Source: an uncultured candidate division WWE3 bacterium (GTDB taxonomy: Bacteria; Patescibacteriota; WWE3; UBA101185; UBA10185). From it: a stretch of DNA of 64,000 bases. Below are positions 9,146 to 16,081 of the stretch, one piece after another; positions within the stretch are counted from its first letter, which is position 1, and each line of letters starts with the position of its first letter. The notes under the pieces are model-generated. The model ran no database searches and had not been told where the DNA came from. It saw only the letters and a list, made by a program, of their open reading frames with translations. The stretch is taken from NCBI GenBank assembly GCA_963765125.1, contig CAVXUZ010000004.1:128792-192791 (forward strand). Reading direction: 5' to 3'. The position numbers and the translations under genes are program-made.

Positions 9146-10699
9146 TTATCTAACTTTGGGCGTGTGATACAAATCCTTCATCTTTTTGCCAAACATCATT
9201 CTTGTTTGGGCGTCGATAAATGGAAAAAATGAGAAGGTAAGCAGGTTAACCATAATTGCGATTGCTTCAAAATTCATAATAACCTTTTTTATGAGTGGCC
9301 ACTCTTTTGGCATTGGAGGAGTCAACTTTGCTCTGTAGTAAGTCGGCGGAATGAGTAATATGAGTGTCAGGGTTAGAATAAAGCTCATCGTATCGGGTAG
9401 GCTGTATGCAAAACTACTTTGTTTAATAGATGGATTAACAAGAGTTAAAATAGCAAATCCAAAAGTTATTAGGTAAACCATGTTAAACATAATGATTCTT
9501 GTTTTTAAATGCGCGTAAATCCAAACTATTTTTTTAGAAAAAGCAATTTTTTTATTTTTTATAAATATTTTGAACGATAATGGAACAGAAATTGCGCCCC
9601 AACCCCATCTAAATAGCTGCTTATACAAACTTTTGTGCGAGTGTATAAAATCTTTTCCTTCAACAGCGTCTGCTGAGTAAGGTATGTAGTGCCCTGCAAT
9701 TTTAAAATTACCATCGCGAATATAAAAAGCTCTCCAGTAAAAAATGGTGTCGTCTACGCCAAGCTGTACATCCCAATAATCAATATCTATTAAAGTCTGT
9801 AAAGAGCTTGAATACGCAGCAAATGTATCTTTGGCCAATGAGCTTAACCCCCAAGGAATACTCCTCGTTGAAAGAATTCCTAAGGTTACAAAATTGGCCT
9901 CAATTCTTGCCATTGATTGAACACGCCAGTGATTGTTGTTAAAAAGACAAACTGCTGTTTGATAAAAGTGGTTATCACGACCATCGGTGGTTAAATATAA
10001 ATGTGTAAGCCTCGCCACATACTGTCTGTCTAAAATATGGTCTGCATCAAATGACGAAAAAATATAATTTCTCAAATCTCTACCAACTTCCTTCATATGT
10101 GCAATTGCGTGCTTTGCACCCCATGTTCTGTTTGCGCCTCCCACACCAATTGCTTCACCTATTATTCCTGCTGGGTGAACGTAATATAAAATCTCTTCAA
10201 AATTTTCTCTCTCTGCGTTTACCACTTTATCTAGATTCTCGATTGTTTCTTTTGAATATTTCTCTTCAATTGTAAAAACCAACGTCATAGATTTTGTGGG
10301 ATACGTTTGATCTGTAAAAGATTTAAAAGTGTCTCTCAATATGTCGTACGGTTCGTTCACAACAGGAATTAAAATCATGTGTCTAACGTCTTCTAGTGAG
10401 TTTGGAAGCGTGGCCTTGTCTGGGAGATCTTCAAAATTTAACGCATGACACTGCGCTGCCCAATCCTCAGCCATTTCATTTTTATATCTTGGGTAACCTA
10501 TTGCTAAACCTATGGTATTCATAAGCGCAAGATACGACCAATACATCGTAATAAAAGTCAAAAAGTAAACCATCGCCTGTGGGTACAGAAATCCCAACCA
10601 AATTGGCGATAAGATTGTTATCCACATCAATAGCCCCGGCAGTATTTCGAACAGGCGCTGTATTAACTTGTCGTGCTTCTCAAGCTCAATTGTTGTCAT
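9146..10699 (-). CDS. Membrane GT2-family glycosyltransferase
   Basis: LIPVVNE, DAD, DD and QLFRWGWG (QxxRW) motifs. Confidence 0.85.
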   Translation of the reverse strand: MTTIELEKHDKLIQRLFEILPGLLMWITILSPIWLGFLYPQAMVYFLTFITMYWSYLALMNTIGLAIGYPRYKNEMAEDWAAQCHALNFEDLPDKATLPNSLEDVRHMILIPVVNEPYDILRDTFKSFTDQTYPTKSMTLVFTIEEKYSKETIENLDKVVNAERENFEEILYYVHPAGIIGEAIGVGGANRTWGAKHAIAHMKEVGRDLRNYIFSSFDADHILDRQYVARLTHLYLTTDGRDNHFYQTAVCLFNNNHWRVQSMARIEANFVTLGILSTRSIPWGLSSLAKDTFAAYSSSLQTLIDIDYWDVQLGVDDTIFYWRAFYIRDGNFKIAGHYIPYSADAVEGKDFIHSHKSLYKQLFRWGWGAISVPLSFKIFIKNKKIAFSKKIVWIYAHLKTRIIMFNMVYLITFGFAILTLVNPSIKQSSFAYSLPDTMSFILTLTLILLIPPTYYRAKLTPPMPKEWPLIKKVIMNFEAIAIMVNLLTFSFFPFIDAQTRMMFGKKMKDLYHTPKVR

Positions 10700-11490
10700 A
10701 TGTTTAATTTAAAAAGTCTGCAGGTATTTCTGAAGGTTTCGTCAGAAACCTCCCTAAACGATGTTTTTCTTATCTCTGCAACCTTTTCGGCTGTTATTTT
10801 AACATATTTTGGATAATTTACTTCGCCGCGGCGCCCTTGGGGTGGTAGATAGGGAGCGTCTGTTTCTACCAGATATCTATCTGCTGGTACATTTTGCACA
10901 ACCTCATACAAATCTTTTGAGGCAGACGGGTAGGTAATTATCGCGGTAAACGAAATGTAAAAACCTAGTTCTATAAATTTCTTAGCGGTCTGCCAATCTG
11001 ACGTATAACAATGAACGACTCCGAAAAGTTTTTCTGTTTTATATTTTTCTAAAATCTTTAATATTAATTCGTCACCGTTTCTGTTGTGAATAATTACTGG
11101 CAATTCGTTTTCTGCTGCAAAACCTAATTGTAATTTAAAAAGCTCAACCTGCTCTTCTACACTTCTTTTTTCATAGTCTGAATTTTCGGTAATGTCGATT
11201 CCACACTCTCCTACCGCAACGATTCTATTTTTATATTTTTTATACTGCTCCTGGAGATTTTTATAAATATTTTCTAACGGCATTTTTATGTTTTCGTGGG
11301 GGTACACACCGATGGAAGCAAATATATTATTGTATTTTTGAATTGTTCTTAGGGTTTCTTCGTTTTCTTCTATAGAAGTACTTATCGCAACCAAATGTGT
11401 AACACCTTCTTCTACGGCTTCTTTAACTACTAAATCTAAATCTTTTTCGTATCTATTATCGGGAATATGACAATGCGAATCGATTAACAT
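10696..11490 (-). CDS. tatD: TatD-family nuclease
   Basis: DSHCH, GECGID, VETDAPYL. Confidence 0.95.
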   Translation of the reverse strand: MLIDSHCHIPDNRYEKDLDLVVKEAVEEGVTHLVAISTSIEENEETLRTIQKYNNIFASIGVYPHENIKMPLENIYKNLQEQYKKYKNRIVAVGECGIDITENSDYEKRSVEEQVELFKLQLGFAAENELPVIIHNRNGDELILKILEKYKTEKLFGVVHCYTSDWQTAKKFIELGFYISFTAIITYPSASKDLYEVVQNVPADRYLVETDAPYLPPQGRRGEVNYPKYVKITAEKVAEIRKTSFREVSDETFRNTCRLFKLNI

Positions 11491-11524
11491 ATGCTTTTTA
11501 TAATTCTAGCAGGTTTGGTTGCTA

Positions 11525-12943
11525 TTACAGCCTAGGAAACATACTTTCTGGGGATTTTACTTTTCCTGATTCGAAGACTTTTAGTATTGTTTCAGCTGCA
11601 TTTGGAATAAAAGGTTGGAGTTGGAAAGCAATATTTTTTAGTGAATTAATTTGCTCAGTTAGTACTGCGCGTAATTCTTCTCTGTCTTCAATTTTCCATG
11701 GTTCTTTTTCGTTAATGTTTTTATCTAAATCTGCGAGTGTTTTAAAAATATTACTTAGTACTTTATCAACCCTAAAGTCCTCAATGGGTTTAAAAAGTTC
11801 GTCATCTATTTCAAACAGGTTAGCAAATTTAAAATCTAACTTTGAGCGCTCAGCAAGTTTTGCGAGTCTTGCAACCGTGTTACCTAACCCGCTTGCAAGT
11901 TCTCCGTTATAAACTTCTTCGAGTTGCTGAATCGATAGATCGGCATCTTCTACAATTGGGCCGTTTCTTAATAAATAGTATCTAACAGCATCTACACCAT
12001 AAGTCTCAACAAGTTCTTTAGGTCTTATAACATTGCCTAATGATTTACTAATTTTTTGTCCACCAAGATTTATAAAACCGTGAATATAAATTTTATCTGG
12101 TAAACGATAGCCTGCGCTCTTTAGCATCGCTGGCCAGAGAAGCGCGTGCCATCGAGAAATGTCTTTACCAACAAAATGTGTAATTTCAGTTTTGTCATCC
12201 CAAAACCCTTTAGCTAAGCCTTCGGTAAGATAATTTATAAGAGCGTCAAACCAGACATAAATCACTTGCTCAGAATCATTTGGTGCAGTAATTCCCCAAG
12301 ACACTTTATATTTTGGACGTGTCACCGTAACGTCTTTAAGACCCTGCTCTATAAAAGCGAGCATCTCTGTTCTTTTACTAAGCGGTCTCACTAAAAGTTT
12401 ATCGGTTTCAATTAATTCTTTAAGAAAATCAGAATACTTTGAAAGTTTGAAAAAATAATTTTCTTCGTCGAGTTCCTGAATTTGTCTATTTTTATGGTTT
12501 GGGCATTGTTTGTTTTCGTCTAATTCAGAAAGTGTTTTGGTTGATTCACATCCTTCGCAATAGTAACCTTTGTAGGAAGCTTTATAAATGTCCCCGGCCT
12601 CAAAAGACTTTTTAAAAAACTCAGAAGAAAACTTTACGTGATCTTCGTCTGTCGTTCTAATAAATCTTTGGTAAGAGATGTTTAATGTGTCTATCTGCTC
12701 TTGGTCAGCTTTTGAAATTTCTGTAACGTGCTCCAACGGTGTAAGCCCGCGCCTCTGTGCTGCTTTTTCATTTGTAGTGCCGTGTTCATCAGTACCAATG
12801 GTCAGGTAAACATGGGCATCATCTTTCTTTAACCTCTCATATCTAGCGACTGCGTCGGCGAGTACTTTCTCATAGGCGTGGCCAACGTGTACTACGTCGT
12901 TTGCGTAATCTATTGCGGTTGTAATAAATACTTTGTTTTTCAT
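11525..12943 (-). CDS. metG: Methionine--tRNA ligase (short form)
   Basis: HVGH, GTDEHG, YVWFDAL, KISKS. Confidence 0.95.
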   Translation of the reverse strand: MKNKVFITTAIDYANDVVHVGHAYEKVLADAVARYERLKKDDAHVYLTIGTDEHGTTNEKAAQRRGLTPLEHVTEISKADQEQIDTLNISYQRFIRTTDEDHVKFSSEFFKKSFEAGDIYKASYKGYYCEGCESTKTLSELDENKQCPNHKNRQIQELDEENYFFKLSKYSDFLKELIETDKLLVRPLSKRTEMLAFIEQGLKDVTVTRPKYKVSWGITAPNDSEQVIYVWFDALINYLTEGLAKGFWDDKTEITHFVGKDISRWHALLWPAMLKSAGYRLPDKIYIHGFINLGGQKISKSLGNVIRPKELVETYGVDAVRYYLLRNGPIVEDADLSIQQLEEVYNGELASGLGNTVARLAKLAERSKLDFKFANLFEIDDELFKPIEDFRVDKVLSNIFKTLADLDKNINEKEPWKIEDREELRAVLTEQINSLKNIAFQLQPFIPNAAETILKVFESGKVKSPESMFPRL

Positions 12944-13004
12944 CTCATTAAGTCTACTAAAAAATTGCTAGGGAAACAAAAATACACCATTACCACACCA
13001 AATA

Positions 13005-13367
13005 CTAGCGCCTGAGCCTCAATTGAAAATATAAAAGAATATAGAAAATCAGAAACAATGCAATATTTGCAATGTGGTCTAATTTGAAAGTTCGTAACAT
13101 CATCAAAAAAACTAAACCAAAAGATAAATATGCCGACCAGCGCAAACTTTTTCTGTAGACTTGGCGAAGATTACTAAACGTCGGTGCTTTGTAATGAAAA
13201 TAAAAATACAAAGGAATAGATGCTGTAGCTAGAACAGCAAAAAAAATTAACAACAAAAATATAAAAATGCTTAAAAAGGTTGAGGGTTTTGAGTAGAAAA
13301 TATATTTGTAAGCACTTAACCACAATAATAAGCTAACAATAACTGTCGTATACAAAAACTTGGGCAT
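13005..13367 (-). CDS. Hypothetical 4-TM membrane protein
   Basis: 120-aa ORF; TGCTAAAAT 6 nt upstream of ATG. Confidence 0.7.
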   Translation of the reverse strand: MPKFLYTTVIVSLLLWLSAYKYIFYSKPSTFLSIFIFLLLIFFAVLATASIPLYFYFHYKAPTFSNLRQVYRKSLRWSAYLSFGLVFLMMLRTFKLDHIANIALFLIFYILLYFQLRLRR

Positions 13368-13411
13368 ATGTTGATTTTAGCACTTAAAAGACCCAAACGT
13401 TGGTAGCACTA

Positions 13412-13440
13412 TTGACCGCGTATGGTAGTCGTTATACTAT
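13412..13440 (+). promoter_or_regulatory. Promoter of cassette 1 (TTGACC-N17-TACTAT; overlapping TATACT at N15)
   Basis: Paralogous to 13999-14027 (shared ACTATTGACC...GTAGTCGTTATA). Confidence 0.7.
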
Positions 13441-13478
13441 TGGAGCAACCGGAGATTTTGACACCGTACTCGATTTTC

Positions 13479-13508
13479 ACTGTTTTAAAGCCTAGCGGAG
13501 GGCCTATG
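13479..13508 (+). repeat. Repeat A copy 1, ACTGTTTTAAAGCCTAnnGGAGGGCCTATG
   Basis: 28/30 identical to 14069-14098. Confidence 0.9.
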
Positions 13509-13541
13509 GGACACTTTGAGGTTTTGACCAAAAAGCTTTGA
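13506..13541 (+). CDS. Micro-ORF MGHFEVLTKKL (11 aa)
   Basis: GGAGG SD inside repeat A; translation unproven. Confidence 0.3.
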   Translation: MGHFEVLTKKL

Positions 13542-13581
13542 TCGGGATTGAGTTGCTGACTGGTGAAACGGTGTTTTTCGT

Positions 13582-13614
13582 AAACTTAAGGAGATGAGCC
13601 TATGAAAAGATTTA
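13582..13614 (+). repeat. Repeat B copy 1, AAACTTAAGGAGATGAGCCTATGAAAnGATTTA
   Basis: 32/33 identical to 13757-13789, spacing 175 bp. Confidence 0.95.
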
Positions 13615-13676
13615 AAAAGTTTGTGGGCACCATGGGCAAATTAGCCAGCCCAATTACTGGTTCTGACGTCGGATAA
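13602..13676 (+). CDS. Micro-ORF MKRFKKFVGTMGKLASPITGSDVG (24 aa)
   Basis: TAAGGAG SD upstream of ATG. Confidence 0.4.
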   Translation: MKRFKKFVGTMGKLASPITGSDVG

Positions 13677-13756
13677 GACAAGCTCGAGCTTAATGGACGA
13701 TCAGAGTCTAGTTGACAGGGTTTTAAGGGAAGTAATCGTATAAAAGGCGAACTTTA

Positions 13757-13789
13757 AAACTTAAGGAGATGAGCCTATGAAACGATTTA
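13757..13789 (+). repeat. Repeat B copy 2
   Basis: Match to 13582-13614. Confidence 0.95.
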
Positions 13790-13854
13790 GTTATGCTTTG
13801 TTTTCTAAATGTGAAGTGACAGTCGAAGATCACGGCCCGGTAACCATCGGATGA
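13777..13854 (+). CDS. Micro-ORF MKRFSYALFSKCEVTVEDHGPVTIG (25 aa)
   Basis: Same SD and MKRF start as the previous micro-ORF; both end in (V/I)G-stop. Confidence 0.4.
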   Translation: MKRFSYALFSKCEVTVEDHGPVTIG

Positions 13855-13898
13855 ACATCCTGTATTATGTTCGTTGGTAAGTTACCAGCCAAAACTAC

Positions 13899-13939
13899 GC
13901 AGGTGAGGTATATATAAAAAATACTTCGCCTGCTTTTTT
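13899..13939 (+). terminator. Intrinsic terminator of cassette 1
   Basis: GCAGGTGAGGTAT/ATACTTCGCCTGC stem followed by T6. Confidence 0.85.
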
Positions 13940-13998
13940 AATACCTAACTTGTGTAAACGTGAACTATTCCAGTTATTTTGTTATGCCGACAGTACTA

Positions 13999-14027
13999 TT
14001 GACCACACACAGTAGTCGTTATAATAT
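13999..14027 (+). promoter_or_regulatory. Promoter of cassette 2 (TTGACC-N17-TAATAT; overlapping TATAAT at N15)
   Basis: Paralog of the cassette 1 promoter. Confidence 0.7.
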
Positions 14028-14068
14028 TGTTGTAATCGGCGCAGGTTAACCACCGTACCAGTTTTTTT

Positions 14069-14098
14069 ACTGTTTTAAAGCCTAATGGAGGGCCTATG
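14069..14098 (+). repeat. Repeat A copy 2
   Basis: Match to 13479-13508. Confidence 0.9.
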
Positions 14099-14137
14099 AA
14101 ACAATCAGTAAAGTTAAATGGTGTGTCTTCAGGTTAA
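14096..14137 (+). CDS. Micro-ORF MKQSVKLNGVSSG (13 aa)
   Basis: GGAGG SD inside repeat A. Confidence 0.3.
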   Translation: MKQSVKLNGVSSG

Positions 14138-14319
14138 TGCTCAGTGGAGCGAATGTTGCGTAGGAGTTGTACAAGTTGCCCGTGCCTGATCAACACCGTG
14201 CAACTGTAAGATGGAAGGCCGTGTTGTTTACCGACTGGGTGTGCAGACGATGAGAAATAGAGGTTTTTACACTGCATCATCCGACCGTGAGTAACCAATA
14301 GCTAACCATAATTGTTTTA

Positions 14320-14364
14320 CCGGTGAGGTACAGATGGATAACAGTACTTCACCGGCAATTTTTT
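14320..14364 (+). terminator. Intrinsic terminator of cassette 2
   Basis: CCGGTGAGGTAC/GTACTTCACCGG stem then a T-run; homologous to terminator 1. Confidence 0.8.
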
Positions 14365-14398
14365 ACCTCAAACTATAAATATCTGCTAAAATCTCATC

Positions 14399-15511
14399 AT
14401 GCTAACATTCCAAACCTTAGTTCTTATTGCACTACTTGTTGCCGGCGCAGCCGGAATCATCATTTATGCCTTTTCTAAACAAATGAATAAGCTCAAAGTG
14501 GATATCCAAAATGATGAGGAAGACAAAGTATTGATGGAGTGGTTAAAGGACATGAAGGGCTCGGTTGAAAAAAATTCAACGGTCTTAGATAGCAAGCTCA
14601 CCGATCAAAATAAAACACTGCAGGAGCAACTCGAGGCACAAAGAAAAGCTGTCGCAGACCAAACAAAACTTATTTGGGAAAGATTAGAGTACTCGTCAAA
14701 AGTTATTCAAGAGGTACACAGAGAACTTGGTGGAATTACAGAGTTTGGAAAAGATATGAAGGACCTTAGTAACATTTTAAAATCTCCAAAATTACGTGGG
14801 GGTTTAGGCGAACAGTTTTTATATGAAATTCTAGAAAATTCGCTACCAAAAGAGTTATTCAAAACACAATATAAGTTCAAAGATGGAAGTATATGCGACG
14901 CAGTAGTTAAAACAGATAAAGGTTTGATTGCGATTGATTCAAAATTTCCAATGGAAAATTTTAAAGAGATGGTGACACGAGATTCGCAAGAGGAACGCGA
15001 TCAGTACAAAAAGTTATTTATGCGCGATGTTAAAAAAAGAATTGATGAAATTTCATCAAAATATATTTTGCAAGAAGAGGGTACTACGGACTTTGCCGTT
15101 ATGTATGTTCCTTCAGAAAATATTTATTACGAGCTGATAGTAAACTCTGCTGAAATTGAGGACTACTCGCGAAATAAAAAAGTATTTATCACATCACCAA
15201 ACACACTTACCTACCAAATGAGAGCAATTTTAGTTGCTTACCAACAAAGCGAACTACAAAAACACGCGGGAGAAATTTTGAAAGCTTTGTCAGGAATAAA
15301 AAATGAAGCGGGAAAATTTAATGAAGACCTAGATCTTTTAGGTGGGCATGTATTAAGAACGTATAAGGCGATGGACGGTGTAAAACTGAAATTTACAAAA
15401 CTATTTGGAAAGATAGAAAGCGCACAAGCGTTAGGAGCACCGCATGAAGAAGATCACCCCAAACTTGCGGACGAAACAGTCGAAGAGTCTATTCAAGATT
15501 TAGAACAGTAA
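14399..15511 (+). CDS. rmuC: DNA recombination protein RmuC
   Basis: N-terminal TM, coiled coil, KLRGGLGEQ, IDSKFP, FAVMYVPSE. Confidence 0.92.
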   Translation: MLTFQTLVLIALLVAGAAGIIIYAFSKQMNKLKVDIQNDEEDKVLMEWLKDMKGSVEKNSTVLDSKLTDQNKTLQEQLEAQRKAVADQTKLIWERLEYSSKVIQEVHRELGGITEFGKDMKDLSNILKSPKLRGGLGEQFLYEILENSLPKELFKTQYKFKDGSICDAVVKTDKGLIAIDSKFPMENFKEMVTRDSQEERDQYKKLFMRDVKKRIDEISSKYILQEEGTTDFAVMYVPSENIYYELIVNSAEIEDYSRNKKVFITSPNTLTYQMRAILVAYQQSELQKHAGEILKALSGIKNEAGKFNEDLDLLGGHVLRTYKAMDGVKLKFTKLFGKIESAQALGAPHEEDHPKLADETVEESIQDLEQ

Positions 15512-15541
15512 ATAAGCCTACTATAAGTTTAGAAAAATAAA

Positions 15542-15570
15542 AAGCTCCATTTTTGTTTTAAATGGAGCTT
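15542..15570. terminator. Hairpin terminator between rmuC and the convergent peptide operon
   Basis: AAGCTCCATTT/AAATGGAGCTT; the A-tract on the left gives a U-tract on the minus strand. Confidence 0.75.
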
Positions 15571-15580
15571 CTACGTATTA

Positions 15581-15754
15581 TTACCTGTTTACTATTGGCC
15601 TTTTGTATACAGTCTCGAAAAAGGCAACAATCACGGCAATACCAAAAATAGCCACCAGCACAAGCGGTATGTTTTTGTAGACCCAAACTAAGCCAGCGAC
15701 GGTAGCTGCAAAAATTGCAACCCAAAACAACACAATAAATATTTTTTCTATCAC
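15581..15754 (-). CDS. Small 2-TM protein (57 aa)
   Basis: AAAGGAG SD then GTG 15754; IEKIFIVLFWVAIFAATVAGLVWVYKNIPLVLVAIFGIAVIVAFFETVYKRPIVNR. Confidence 0.7.
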   Translation of the reverse strand: MIEKIFIVLFWVAIFAATVAGLVWVYKNIPLVLVAIFGIAVIVAFFETVYKRPIVNR

Positions 15755-15764
15755 GGCCTCTCCT

Positions 15765-15881
15765 TTATGGATTTGTAAGTGGAGATAGCACAAAAAGCAC
15801 CACACAAACTAGCTCCACTATTAATACGAGGATGAGCACAAGCTCTGTTAATCCTCTTGATTTTACTTGTCTCTCTCCCAT
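15765..15881 (-). CDS. Small single-TM peptide (38 aa)
   Basis: TAGGAGAAAAAATG; MGERQVKSRGLTELVLILVLIVELVCVVLFVLSPLTNP. Its stop overlaps the next SD. Confidence 0.65.
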   Translation of the reverse strand: MGERQVKSRGLTELVLILVLIVELVCVVLFVLSPLTNP

Positions 15882-15915
15882 TTTTTCTCCTAATATATGA
15901 AGGTTTTTGGTTTTT

Positions 15916-16023
15916 CTATCGCGCAGTCAGGCTCATAAACACAATGGATATGAGCGCTACAATAAGCGCTATTCTTACTGCCATTCCTAGCAGTTTTCTT
16001 GCGTTTTTCTTGAAAGTACTCAT
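15916..16023 (-). CDS. Small cationic single-TM peptide (35 aa)
   Basis: GAGGAGAAAAAATG; MSTFKKNARKLLGMAVRIALIVALISIVFMSLTAR. Confidence 0.65.
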   Translation of the reverse strand: MSTFKKNARKLLGMAVRIALIVALISIVFMSLTAR

Positions 16024-16081
16024 TTTTTCTCCTCTTTTTTGTTCTATAGGTTGTGGTAATATTATACCTGAACTCATTTTT

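Noticed and set aside
13479-14098. Repeats as a CRISPR or TIGR-like array
   Set aside because: Only two copies of each repeat, spacings of 175 and 590 bp, no regular short spacers and no cas gene in the window.
15857-16081. 75-aa N-terminal extension of the helicase in the ORF track
   Set aside because: UvrD homology begins at MQINEEQ (16082); the opposite strand has SD-led peptide ORFs here.
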